Of a stretch of 64,000 nt of DNA, positions 19,206 through 28,023 are shown piece by piece. Origin of the DNA: Pseudomonadota bacterium. GTDB taxonomy: Bacteria; Pseudomonadota; Gammaproteobacteria; Pseudomonadales; Ketobacteraceae. The DNA lies in NCBI GenBank assembly GCA_052035295.1, contig JBPOHS010000018.1, forward strand, positions 1-64,000. The letters are read 5' to 3'. Below the pieces are notes generated by a model. It was given only the letters and a program-made list of their open reading frames with translations, did no database searches and was not told where the DNA came from. The position numbers and the translations under genes were made by a program. Positions within the stretch are counted from its first letter, which is position 1, and each line of letters starts with the position of its first letter.

Positions 19206-20198
19206 TTAGAACATTTCCAGACATCCGCTCTCGACGAGTTCTTCCACGGTGTTTTCGTCCGCTTCCTGATACTCTTCGGGGTTCCAGCGAATGTTGAAGA
19301 CAAATTTCTGATAAAGGGTGACCGGCATCAGTTTGCCGAGTTTGTCCTTCAGGGTGTACTTGAAGCAAAGCTGAGAGCGATCCGTACCAAAGGAAATATA
19401 TTCCTTGTATTGGTTGACAGTGATGGGTACGAATATTTTTACAGTGCGTTCGTGATCGGGCGGGAACAGCGAAATCAGGCGGGTGCGCAAGCCGCCCCAG
19501 GCCTGATTGGAAATTTCACTGAGCATGCCCATGACATCACGAAAATCGATGTTTTCCGGGGGAATGGAGGTGCGCCCGTCTTCGATCAACGAAATCATCG
19601 GGACTTCTTCGGATTGCACCATCATGTAGCCGACAAACCAGGGCGATTCGACCGGGAGCAGGCTGAGAATGTCACCCCAGACCAATTTGTCTTTCACCAG
19701 GTACGGCAGGTCCATCGTTACTTCAATGTCATGGAACAATGACGCCAATGCGCTGGTGGTGACTTCTTCGATGCGGCGAATCAGTGAAATCGGGTATTCG
19801 GTGTCTGCCAGATACTGATCTACCAATGCTGTCAGCTTCGACATGTCCTCAAGGGTATAGGTGCCGGTAATGCATTTTTGTTGCTCTTCCGGAATATCCC
19901 CGAAAACCGTGCCATCTTCGAGGCGCATGAAGATCGGCAGTTCCTTGCGAACGCGCTTGATGCGTTGCGCCAGCTCAAATCCGTTGGTCAGGCCTTCCGC
20001 ACTGTCATGGCTTTTCTCTGACAGCAGGATCGCGCCGAGATCGGAATTGGTATACAGCATTTTCATGCTGGAATCGCTGGTTTGTTTGACACCGACCAGA
20101 CCGCTGGTTGCACAAAATTCCTTGAGCGCTATCTGGGCAGAAGGGTTTTCCTCAAATATAAGGACTTTGGAAACCAGTCTCTTTTCGAATCCTATCAT
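19206..20198 (-). CDS. hypothetical protein with an N-terminal degenerate receiver-like domain and a C-terminal CheC/CheX-like segment
   Basis: The preferred start is ATG 20198 (MIGFEK...). The track start at 20393 would overlap the upstream gene by 143 nt. The receiver-like fold has EE in place of DD (VLIFEEN) and no clear phospho-Asp. The C-terminal segment has EISNQAWGGLRTRLISLFPP, which aligns with ELSNSFCGNLKRMLQGTCPP in the neighbouring protein and fits the E-x2-N...P CheC/CheX signature. Confidence 0.45.
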   Translation of the reverse strand: MIGFEKRLVSKVLIFEENPSAQIALKEFCATSGLVGVKQTSDSSMKMLYTNSDLGAILLSEKSHDSAEGLTNGFELAQRIKRVRKELPIFMRLEDGTVFGDIPEEQQKCITGTYTLEDMSKLTALVDQYLADTEYPISLIRRIEEVTTSALASLFHDIEVTMDLPYLVKDKLVWGDILSLLPVESPWFVGYMMVQSEEVPMISLIEDGRTSIPPENIDFRDVMGMLSEISNQAWGGLRTRLISLFPPDHERTVKIFVPITVNQYKEYISFGTDRSQLCFKYTLKDKLGKLMPVTLYQKFVFNIRWNPEEYQEADENTVEELVESGCLEMF

Positions 20199-20250
20199 GT
20201 GCGTGCCATTTGGTAGTGAATGTGTCGGGGACAATGCCTGAGGAACCAAT

Positions 20251-20838
20251 TCAGAATAGTTCAAGCTCGCCGGAATTGTCGACTTCGCTCTCGGCTTCAA
20301 TATCCTGGTAATGCGGAAGTTTGAAGTCCTGCGGATCCTGCAGGGCGACGAATACGCTCGCACTGAAAATCGGGGGTTCGGAATAATCCGCAATGGCGCA
20401 GCGGTGCTGTTGGTGAGTCATCTTCAGCACGTTGTCCAGCGTCAGGCACGAACGGTCGAGCAAATTGGGCGTCGACATGCCGAGGGGAGGGCAGGTACCT
20501 TGCAGCATGCGTTTCAAATTGCCGCAGAAACTGTTGCTCAGTTCCAGCAGATAATCCAGATAAGCCGTTTCATCGAGGTCTTCTGCCTTGATGGAAAGCG
20601 CATCGGCGACAAACTGCTTCGTGGTCTTGTTCATGCTCAGGTGCAACAAGCACATGAGGCGGAATTTGAACGAGGAAATGGTCAGCACGATACAGTGATC
20701 GTTGACGATGCTGGTGAGTGAGTCGGCCGACTTGAAAGACCAGCTGGTATTCGGGGCGCAGGTCTTGAGCGTCTGCTCCAGCGATTTCTGCAGAATCTTG
20801 CCAAGCGCCAAACCAGTATCGTTATGGACCGTTGCCAT
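20251..20838 (-). CDS. CheC/CheX-family-like protein (putative CheY-P phosphatase)
   Basis: 195 aa. DYLLELSNSFCGN...PP matches D-x3-E-x2-N-(x)n-P of the CheC/CheX/FliY phosphatases. Its start is 3 nt after the MCP stop. Confidence 0.4.
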   Translation of the reverse strand: MATVHNDTGLALGKILQKSLEQTLKTCAPNTSWSFKSADSLTSIVNDHCIVLTISSFKFRLMCLLHLSMNKTTKQFVADALSIKAEDLDETAYLDYLLELSNSFCGNLKRMLQGTCPPLGMSTPNLLDRSCLTLDNVLKMTHQQHRCAIADYSEPPIFSASVFVALQDPQDFKLPHYQDIEAESEVDNSGELELF

Positions 20839-20841
20839 GGG

Positions 20842-21720
20842 CTATCCGTTGCTAGCGAGTGTATTGTTCAGCGTGTTGATTTGTGATTGAACACTATGTA
20901 TCGCCGTTACAATCATTTTTCCGCCGGCCTGCACGTCCTGGAAGGCGAGTGTGGCAATCAGCGCGTTCTTGTTCAGGTTGGTACGGTAATCTTCGTTGAG
21001 GTTCTGGGCGCGCATCGAGAGTTTTCTGACCTCATCCGCTACCACAGCGAATCCACGACCATGTTCGCCCGCACGCGCCGCTTCAATGGCCGCGTTGAGG
21101 GAGAGAATGCCGATCTGGCCGACGATGCTCTTGAAGTCGCCGATCTGCTTCTGCATGTTCTTGTTGTGCACCATGATGTCTGTCATGCCTTCATGCCAGC
21201 GTTCAATGGTTTCAGTAATGTCGAGGAGTTCCTGCACAGCGTTGCGTACCACGCCAATCTGCTGTTCCAGTTGCTGGTGCGTATATTGGGTCGAGCTGTT
21301 GATCTGGCTCAACTCCTGCTGCAACGACTGACGTGTGTGGCTCAATTCGTCCATCAGCGAGCGCTGGGCTTGTTGCGCCTCAAGTTGCTCCTGGGTCAGG
21401 GTTGAGCGCAGGTTGGATATTTCCCGTTCGCTGTTCTGTTTTTCGTTCAGCAGGATTTCTCGATCCACCATCTGTTGGCGCAACGACTCACTGTTGTTCA
21501 GTCGGGTTTCGAGTTCCCTGATCTTCTTGTCACGGCTGCTGCTGGCCATCCACCAGGTGATCGCACAGCCGAACAGCGCCAGCCCCGCCAGAGCGGGCGT
21601 TAGCCAGCCGGGTGCGCCAGAAGCAACGCTGGAGGCAGCATGACTGATACCGGGCAACGCTGTCAGTACGCTGCCACCGATGGCCATCGCGAGCACGGAG
21701 GTGTTTTGTCGCAACTGCAT
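20842..21720 (-). CDS. methyl-accepting chemotaxis protein, minimal type (membrane anchor, no periplasmic ligand-binding domain)
   Basis: The MCP signalling-domain core is [32 protein letters not shown]. Two hydrophobic segments lie within the first 60 aa. The protein is 292 aa. Confidence 0.8.
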   Translation of the reverse strand: MQLRQNTSVLAMAIGGSVLTALPGISHAASSVASGAPGWLTPALAGLALFGCAITWWMASSSRDKKIRELETRLNNSESLRQQMVDREILLNEKQNSEREISNLRSTLTQEQLEAQQAQRSLMDELSHTRQSLQQELSQINSSTQYTHQQLEQQIGVVRNAVQELLDITETIERWHEGMTDIMVHNKNMQKQIGDFKSIVGQIGILSLNAAIEAARAGEHGRGFAVVADEVRKLSMRAQNLNEDYRTNLNKNALIATLAFQDVQAGGKMIVTAIHSVQSQINTLNNTLASNG

Positions 21721-21917
21721 AACCGATCTCGAAAAACACAGGAGGTATTTTTCAGCATAGAAGATATTTCCAGACTTCCCAGTATCAAACGAGTCTGGTA
21801 AGGCAAAGATGACGTGGGGGCACAGACAAAAAACGATTCAGACTTGATTTGAAAGGAGTTATTTTTGCAGGGAGCGACCCGAACGTTGCCGTTGCGGCAG
21901 CGTTCGGGTCGGGTCGG

Positions 21918-24197
21918 TCAGGGAATGGCGACGTTACCGCAGGCTTCAGCCACGGTCAGCGCGGTCATGTTGACGATGCGGCGCACGGTGGCCGAAGGCG
22001 TCAATATATGCACCGGCTTGCTGGCCCCCAGCAGGATCGGGCCGATCGTCACACCGTCACCGCCTGTTGTTTTGAGCAGGTTGAAGGCGATGTTTGCCGC
22101 GTCCAGCGTTGGCATGATCAGCAGGTTGGCAGCGCCCTTGAGGCGTGAATTCGGGAACACCTGCAGTCGCAGGGCCTCGTTCAACGCGGCATCGCCGTGC
22201 ATTTCGCCTTCGACTTCGAGATCGGGGGCCATCTCTTGCAATAACTGCCAGGCCTCGCGCATTTTCTTCGCGCTGGGCGTGTCTTCGCTGCCAAAGTTGG
22301 AATGCGACAGCAGGGCCACCTTGGGCGTGAGCCCAAAGTTCTGGACTGCGGCGGCCGCCTGCAGGGTCATGGCCGCGATTTCTTCGGCCGTGGGATCTGC
22401 ATTCACATAGGTATCGCAGATGAACAGCGTGCGGTTGTCGAGCAGCAACAGGTTCATGGCCGCGTAGTTCTTGATCCCCGGCTTGAGCGGAATGATGCGG
22501 CTGACATAGCGCAGGTGCAGGTCGTAATTGGCAAACGTACCGCAAATCATGCCGTCGGCATCGCCAAAGTGCACCAGCAGTGCCGCGATCAGGGTGGCGC
22601 GACGACGCACTTCCTTTTGGGCGTGGTCAGGCGAGATGCCGCGACGCTCCATCAGTTTGTGGTAGTACATCCAGTATTCCTTGAAGCGGGGATCGTCATC
22701 CTGGTTGACCAGGGTGAAATCCACGCCGGCGCGAATTCGCAGGCCCAGATTCTCGATGCGACGTTCGATCACGGCCGGGCGCCCAATCAGGATGGGCAGG
22801 GCGATTTTTTCATCGATGACCACCTGCACGGCGCGCAGCACGCGCTCATCTTCACCTTCGGCAAACACGATGCGCTTGGGCTCGGCGCGGGCCTTGGTGA
22901 AGATCGGCTTCATGATGAAGGCAGAGTTGTAAACGAACTCCGACAGTTTCTGGCGGTAGGCATCGAAGTCTTCGATCGGGCGGGTGGCAATTCCCGAATC
23001 CATCGCGGCCTGCGCCACGGCAGGGGCGATCTCCAGAATCAGGCGCGGATCGAGGGGTTTCGGAATCAGGTAATCCCGGCCGAACGAACTGCTGCTCGCG
23101 TTTCCGTAGCCGGTAGTGGCTTCCGACTGTTCGACATGAGCCAGCTTGGCAATGGCATAAACGCAGGCCAGCTTCATGGCTTCGTTGACGGTGGTGGCAC
23201 CGACATCCAGCGCGCCACGGAAGATGTACGGGAAGCACAGGGCGTTGTTCACCTGGTTCGGGTAATCCGAGCGGCCGGTGGCGATGACTGCATCGGGACG
23301 CACTTTCATGGCCTCTTCAGGCATGATTTCGGGAATCGGGTTGGACAGCGCAAAAATGAGGGGATCGCGCGCCATGTCCTTGATCATGTCAGGCTTGAGC
23401 ACGCCGGCTGTCGACAAGCCCAGGAACATATCGCTGCCCGGCATCAGGTCGGCGAGCACCCGCGCACTGGTTTCTTGGGCAAATTTGGCCTTGCTCTCAT
23501 CCATGTTGGTGCGGCCGACGTAACACACGCCCTTCGAATCGGCGACAAAGATGTTCTCTCTGCGCGCACCCAGCGACACCAGGATATCAAGGCAGGCAAT
23601 GGCGGCGGCGCCAGCGCCGGAGCAAACGATCCGGATGTCCTCGATTTTTTTGCCGACGATTTTCAGTGCATTCAACAGGCCGGAACCCACGATGATCGAC
23701 GTGCCATGCTGGTCATCATGGAACACGGGGATTTTCATGCGTTCGCGCAGCTTTTTCTCGATGTAAAAGCACTCGGGTGCCTTGATGTCTTCAAGGTTGA
23801 TGCCGCCAAAGGTCGGTTCAAGCGCCGCGATGATATCGACGAGCTTGTCCGGATCCTTTTCGTCTACTTCGATATCAAACACATCCACGCCGGCGAATTT
23901 CTTGAACAGGACGCCTTTGCCTTCCATGACCGGCTTGGACGCCAGCGGCCCGATGTCGCCCAGGCCCAATACAGCCGTTCCGTTGGAAATGACAGCCACC
24001 AGATTGCCGCGCGCGGTGTAACGCGCTGCCGTAGCGGGATCGCGCTCTATTTCGAGGCAGGGTGCGGCAACGCCCGGTGAATAGGCGAGGGCCAGGTCGC
24101 GCTGGTTGACCATGGCTTTGGTGGGGGTAACGCTGATTTTTCCGGGTTCGGGAAATTCGTGATAATCGAGTGCGGCTTTGCGGAGTGCCTCATCCAT
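21918..24197 (-). CDS. maeB: NADP-dependent malic enzyme (malic enzyme fused to a phosphotransacetylase-like domain)
   Basis: [29 protein letters not shown]...[11 protein letters not shown]...[15 protein letters not shown] is collinear with E. coli MaeB. The C-terminal PTA-like domain is present. ATG 24197 is chosen as the start. Confidence 0.9.
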   Translation of the reverse strand: MDEALRKAALDYHEFPEPGKISVTPTKAMVNQRDLALAYSPGVAAPCLEIERDPATAARYTARGNLVAVISNGTAVLGLGDIGPLASKPVMEGKGVLFKKFAGVDVFDIEVDEKDPDKLVDIIAALEPTFGGINLEDIKAPECFYIEKKLRERMKIPVFHDDQHGTSIIVGSGLLNALKIVGKKIEDIRIVCSGAGAAAIACLDILVSLGARRENIFVADSKGVCYVGRTNMDESKAKFAQETSARVLADLMPGSDMFLGLSTAGVLKPDMIKDMARDPLIFALSNPIPEIMPEEAMKVRPDAVIATGRSDYPNQVNNALCFPYIFRGALDVGATTVNEAMKLACVYAIAKLAHVEQSEATTGYGNASSSSFGRDYLIPKPLDPRLILEIAPAVAQAAMDSGIATRPIEDFDAYRQKLSEFVYNSAFIMKPIFTKARAEPKRIVFAEGEDERVLRAVQVVIDEKIALPILIGRPAVIERRIENLGLRIRAGVDFTLVNQDDDPRFKEYWMYYHKLMERRGISPDHAQKEVRRRATLIAALLVHFGDADGMICGTFANYDLHLRYVSRIIPLKPGIKNYAAMNLLLLDNRTLFICDTYVNADPTAEEIAAMTLQAAAAVQNFGLTPKVALLSHSNFGSEDTPSAKKMREAWQLLQEMAPDLEVEGEMHGDAALNEALRLQVFPNSRLKGAANLLIMPTLDAANIAFNLLKTTGGDGVTIGPILLGASKPVHILTPSATVRRIVNMTALTVAEACGNVAIP

Positions 24198-24564
24198 TGC
24201 TTGGTCTCGCTTTTGCGTGAATGCGCCGCCTCGTGTCCGGCCCGGATACGATAACGGCAAGGGGTTGGGAGCAAACAAGAATCATAGCAGTTTCGGGGCG
24301 TTAGCGGAGGGGATATGCGGATTTCTGCGCGGACCAAAGCAATTCTTTCCGGGCTATGACGCGCGCTGCACCACGGATGAGCACGCGATTGTTGTGGGCA
24401 TTTTGCAGGCAGGGTTTAGCTGGTTGTCACGTTGGGTGAATGTTAAGATGCGCGGCCCCTTGCGGCCAACTAACCTTTGATGGCTGACGTTATTGCACCC
24501 GTGTGCGCCGACATTGCGCACCTGTGCAGCAACGATTTCAAACGACCTTGTGAGGAGTTAATCA

Positions 24565-25317
24565 ATGCTGGAATGGATAACGGACCCAAGCGCCTGGATG
24601 GCACTGGCGACCCTGACCTTGCTGGAAATCGTGCTCGGTATCGACAATATCATTTTCATTTCGATTCTGGTGGCCAAATTGCCCGAGCACCAACGCAACC
24701 GTGCGCGGCGGTTGGGTTTGAGCCTCGCGATGCTCAGTCGTATCGCACTGCTGTTGTCGCTGGCGTGGATCATGCGGTTGACCGAGCCGTTGTTCACGAT
24801 CATGGCGTTCGAGGTGTCAGGACGTGACCTGATTTTGATCGGTGGCGGATTGTTCCTGATTGCGAAGGCAACACACGAGATACATGGCAGCCTTGAAGGC
24901 GAAGACGAAACCAGTGCCGCCGCAGCCGGTGCCAATACTTTTCTGATGACGTTGGTGCAAATTGCCATCATCGACATCGTGTTCAGTCTGGACTCGGTGA
25001 TTACCGCGGTGGGAATGGCCGATCACGTGCCGGTCATGGTGCTGGCCATTATTGCGGCAGTGGGCATCATGATGTTTGCAGCCAAGCCGATCGGTGATTT
25101 CGTTGACGATCACCCGACCGTAAAAATGCTGGCGCTGAGCTTCCTGATCATTGTGGGTATGGCGCTGGTCGGTGAAGGTTTCGACATGCATATTCCGAAG
25201 GGTTACATCTACTTCGCGATGGCGTTCTCGCTGGTGGTCGAAATGATCAATATCCGCATGCGCAAGAAAATGACGGCTGCCGTCGAACTGCGCAAACAGA
25301 TTCCAGGCGTGGATTGA
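24565..25317 (+). CDS. TerC-family integral membrane protein (YgdQ/Alx-like)
   Basis: The GAGGAG RBS is present. It has LEIVLGIDNIIFISI and SLDSVITAVGMA TerC signature blocks. The protein is 250 aa. Confidence 0.85.
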   Translation: MLEWITDPSAWMALATLTLLEIVLGIDNIIFISILVAKLPEHQRNRARRLGLSLAMLSRIALLLSLAWIMRLTEPLFTIMAFEVSGRDLILIGGGLFLIAKATHEIHGSLEGEDETSAAAAGANTFLMTLVQIAIIDIVFSLDSVITAVGMADHVPVMVLAIIAAVGIMMFAAKPIGDFVDDHPTVKMLALSFLIIVGMALVGEGFDMHIPKGYIYFAMAFSLVVEMINIRMRKKMTAAVELRKQIPGVD

Positions 25318-25329
25318 TGTTGCAAACCG

Positions 25330-25368
25330 AAGGCGATGCGGCGTGCTTGCATCGTCTTCGGTAGCCCT
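25330..25368. terminator. stem-loop between the convergent TerC and PAS-MCP genes (weak U-tract)
   Basis: CCGAAGGCGATGC-ggcgtgctt-GCATCGTCTTCGG, a 13-bp stem with one G-U pair. Confidence 0.3.
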
Positions 25369-25386
25369 CCTGTTTCCCTCCCCCGG

Positions 25387-26682
25387 TCAGCGTGCCAGCG
25401 ATGCTACCGTTTGCGAGACGTTTTCTGCGCCCAGCCGGATTTCTTCAATGACGGCGGCGGCGCGGTTGATCAACTCACTCCCCTCGATGGCCTGATTCCG
25501 CACCTGCTGCATTTGTTCCATCGCCTGATGGGTCAAACCTTCATTGGCGCGCACCATTTCATCAATTTCCACTGTTGACGCATTGGTGCGTGAGGCCAGG
25601 TTCCTTACTTCATCGGCAACCACCGCGAATCCGCGTCCGTGTTCACCGGCGCGTGCTGCTTCAATGGCCGCGTTCAGTGCCAGCAGGTTGGTTTGTTCCG
25701 CAATGCTGCTGATGGTGGTGACAATCGCCGAAATTTCCGCAGATTTTGCATTCAACTGGCTGATGAGCGATGACGCGTCACCGATCTGGTCTGAAATCGC
25801 CTGTGAGATGCTGACACTGTCTTTCAACAGGCGGGTGCCATTCACCGCGATTTGAGCCGTTTCTTCCGAGGTGGTGTTGGCCAGCTCGGCGGCTTGTTGG
25901 GTGGCGATATCCTGATTGGTGCGCGCGGTCACATCGGTAGCGAATTTGATGACCTTGATGACGTTCTGTTCGTCATCGACGACCGGATTGTAAGTGGCTT
26001 CCAGCCAGACGGTTTCCCCGTGCCGGTTGCGCCTGTCGTACTTGCCGCGCTTGAAGCCGCCGCGCGCCAGCTCGCGCCAGAAATCCGGATGTTCCCGGTA
26101 AAATTTGTCATCACAGAACATGCGGTGGTGTTTGCCGCGAATTTCCTCCGCCCGATAACCCATGGTCTGCATGAAATTGTCATTGGCGCTGAGGATGGTG
26201 CCATCGGGCGCAAACTCGATCACGGCCAGGGAACGGTTGAGGGCTTCCAGAATGGATTGCTGGGTCAGCCGCTGTTCGACCTCACGGGTGATGTCCTGGG
26301 CAATCTTGATGATCTTGTACACCTGCCCATCCCGGCTGATCGGGAAGTAGGTCGCCTGCAGCCAGATTTTGCTGCCGTCACGATTGCGTCGGGGGAAGCT
26401 GCCGGTGTGCAGTCTGCCGCTACCCAGATCTGCCCAGAACTGCCGGTAATCGTGGCTGGCGGCGAGCGATTGCGCGCAGAACATGCGGTGATGCTGCCCG
26501 ACAACCTGCTCTTTCGAATAGCCGACCACGGCCAGAAAGGCAGGGTTGGCATCCAGTATCTGGCCATCCCGCGAAAACGCGATGCAGGCATTGTGGTCCC
26601 AGACCCCGTGAACAAAATCGCTGGCATCTGCCAGCGCCGACTCCAGCGTGGCAATGGTCTGTTTGTATTGCTTGAACCACAT
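25387..26682 (-). CDS. soluble methyl-accepting chemotaxis protein with two N-terminal PAS domains (Aer2-like architecture)
   Basis: ATG 26682 has a GAGGAG RBS, whereas the track start at 26712 is TTG. The two PAS repeats each carry G-x-HHRMFC and W-L-x-ATY-x-P blocks. The C-terminal MCP core is [32 protein letters not shown]. No TM segment is present. Confidence 0.85.
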   Translation of the reverse strand: MWFKQYKQTIATLESALADASDFVHGVWDHNACIAFSRDGQILDANPAFLAVVGYSKEQVVGQHHRMFCAQSLAASHDYRQFWADLGSGRLHTGSFPRRNRDGSKIWLQATYFPISRDGQVYKIIKIAQDITREVEQRLTQQSILEALNRSLAVIEFAPDGTILSANDNFMQTMGYRAEEIRGKHHRMFCDDKFYREHPDFWRELARGGFKRGKYDRRNRHGETVWLEATYNPVVDDEQNVIKVIKFATDVTARTNQDIATQQAAELANTTSEETAQIAVNGTRLLKDSVSISQAISDQIGDASSLISQLNAKSAEISAIVTTISSIAEQTNLLALNAAIEAARAGEHGRGFAVVADEVRNLASRTNASTVEIDEMVRANEGLTHQAMEQMQQVRNQAIEGSELINRAAAVIEEIRLGAENVSQTVASLAR

Positions 26683-26796
26683 ATTCAAATTCTCCTCGGA
26701 GACAGCGAACAAGTCGCCAGGCAGGATCCGTGATGCCGCGACCGCTGGGTTCCCACTTATCGGGAAGGGTGCGACGGCCAGACTATTGAGTGTAGA

Positions 26797-28023
26797 TCAG
26801 GCGGGCGTGGCCTGCCCGGAACGGGGCAGGGTGGCGTCGATGAGAATGTTTCGGGGCGTCGCCTGCGGGGCGCAGAAGGTTCCCATTTGAACTTCATAGC
26901 CTTGTTGCTCCAGCCAGCACGCCCGATCCAGGCACAACCAGACCTCCAGTGCGCGCCGGAAGCCATGTCGCACCAGCTCCAGCCGCTGCAGTCGCGCATG
27001 GGCCTGCCAGCCGGCCGATTCCAGTTGCTTCCAGGGCAGGTGCGGTGGCAGCGCAACGCCCATGGTCGCTGCAGCCAGCCCGCAGAAATCCTCAAAGCGG
27101 CCATGGAAACAGTGATCGGCCAGCGTTGGCAGCCTTGCCCCAGGTTGCGGATGCACAGTGTCCAGCCACGCCCGGAATCCCAGGCGCCAGGCACTCTTGC
27201 GCTCGCGCAAGCGGCGGGCATGCCCGTTGGCGGTGACCGTTTCCTGCACCGCCAGGCGCAGCTGATCCCGGTCGGGTTGCAAGCGTTGTGGCAGCAGGCA
27301 TGGGTCAACGATCATCAATGGCTGGTAGAGGGGGGTATCGATCAGGTGATAACAACAGGGTGAAAAGGACAGTGCGACAGCACGTTGCAGCGCGGCGGAT
27401 GCCATCAAACGGAGGTGGAGTTTGCCGCAGGCGTGCAGGGCGACGCAGTGGCAATCCGCTGCGATATGACGCCCGGCATCGGCCGCCATGACGTCCTGCA
27501 GGATGCTCGTTACACGAGCCTGTGTCTTGTTGTTCAAGGCTGTGGCAGCGCTGCTCAGGGCGGCATTCCATTCCAACGAAAGAACGTCGGTGTCGTGTTG
27601 AAAGGCGAGGCTGCGACTCAAATGGCCCTTGCCCGCACACCAGTCGATCAGGTGCATCGCACGGGGTTGTATAGAGGCCGTGAAGGCTTCGATTTGTCGC
27701 CATTTCCGCCCCGGAATATCCCACTCGAATCCGGTTGGCCAGGGTTTGTGCAGCTGCCCCGAATGTGTAGGGAGGGCAATCAGCCCCGGCATTCTCTGCA
27801 GTGCAGGAATAAACGTGCAAAGCCATTGCAATAATGCATCGGCATCGTGTTCCAGTCGCTGTGTGTCTGTGTCGGAAAGCGCAAGCAGGGCGTTATAAAG
27901 CGCACCATGGGTGGCCGCCCAGGGGGGTACCGGCGAATGGAAAGGTACGGGTTGCCAGAGCCCGGCATGCTGCACCAGAAAGGCTTCCAGGTCGATGTAG
28001 CGCTTCAGCAAGGGGGAGGTCAT
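26797..28023 (-). CDS. SAM-dependent methyltransferase-like protein (Methyltransf_32-type D-x-G-x-GKG-H-L motif)
   Basis: IDWCAGKGHLSRSLA is present. ATG 28023 overlaps the upstream ABC gene stop in an ATGA arrangement. The protein is about 408 aa. Confidence 0.45.
   Translation of the reverse strand: MTSPLLKRYIDLEAFLVQHAGLWQPVPFHSPVPPWAATHGALYNALLALSDTDTQRLEHDADALLQWLCTFIPALQRMPGLIALPTHSGQLHKPWPTGFEWDIPGRKWRQIEAFTASIQPRAMHLIDWCAGKGHLSRSLAFQHDTDVLSLEWNAALSSAATALNNKTQARVTSILQDVMAADAGRHIAADCHCVALHACGKLHLRLMASAALQRAVALSFSPCCYHLIDTPLYQPLMIVDPCLLPQRLQPDRDQLRLAVQETVTANGHARRLRERKSAWRLGFRAWLDTVHPQPGARLPTLADHCFHGRFEDFCGLAAATMGVALPPHLPWKQLESAGWQAHARLQRLELVRHGFRRALEVWLCLDRACWLEQQGYEVQMGTFCAPQATPRNILIDATLPRSGQATPA

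Noticed and set aside
21875-21911. 11-bp perfect hairpin CGACCCGAACG-N15-CGTTCGGGTCG straddling the maeB stop codon at 21918, as a terminator
   Set aside because: No U-tract follows it on the minus strand, so it is not a canonical intrinsic terminator. It could be a REP-like or rho-dependent element.
21865-22410. 181-aa plus-strand ORF with an AAAGGAG sequence 6 nt upstream of a TTG
   Set aside because: It overlaps the maeB 3' end in antisense. The product is low-complexity (A/S/R-rich). The SD-like hexamer is probably coincidental.
22302-24080. 592-aa plus-strand ORF antisense to maeB
   Set aside because: It is a typical long antisense open frame in GC-rich DNA, with an A/G/R-rich low-complexity product. 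maeB on the opposite strand is full-length and collinear with known MaeB.
24198-24564. The long leader upstream of the TerC-family gene as a possible Mn2+ (yybP-ykoY) or pH-responsive riboswitch
   Set aside because: I could not recognise the conserved riboswitch core by eye. Only a GTGCGC-N7-GCGCAC hairpin and a GAGGAG RBS are evident. A covariance-model scan (Rfam RF00080) is needed.
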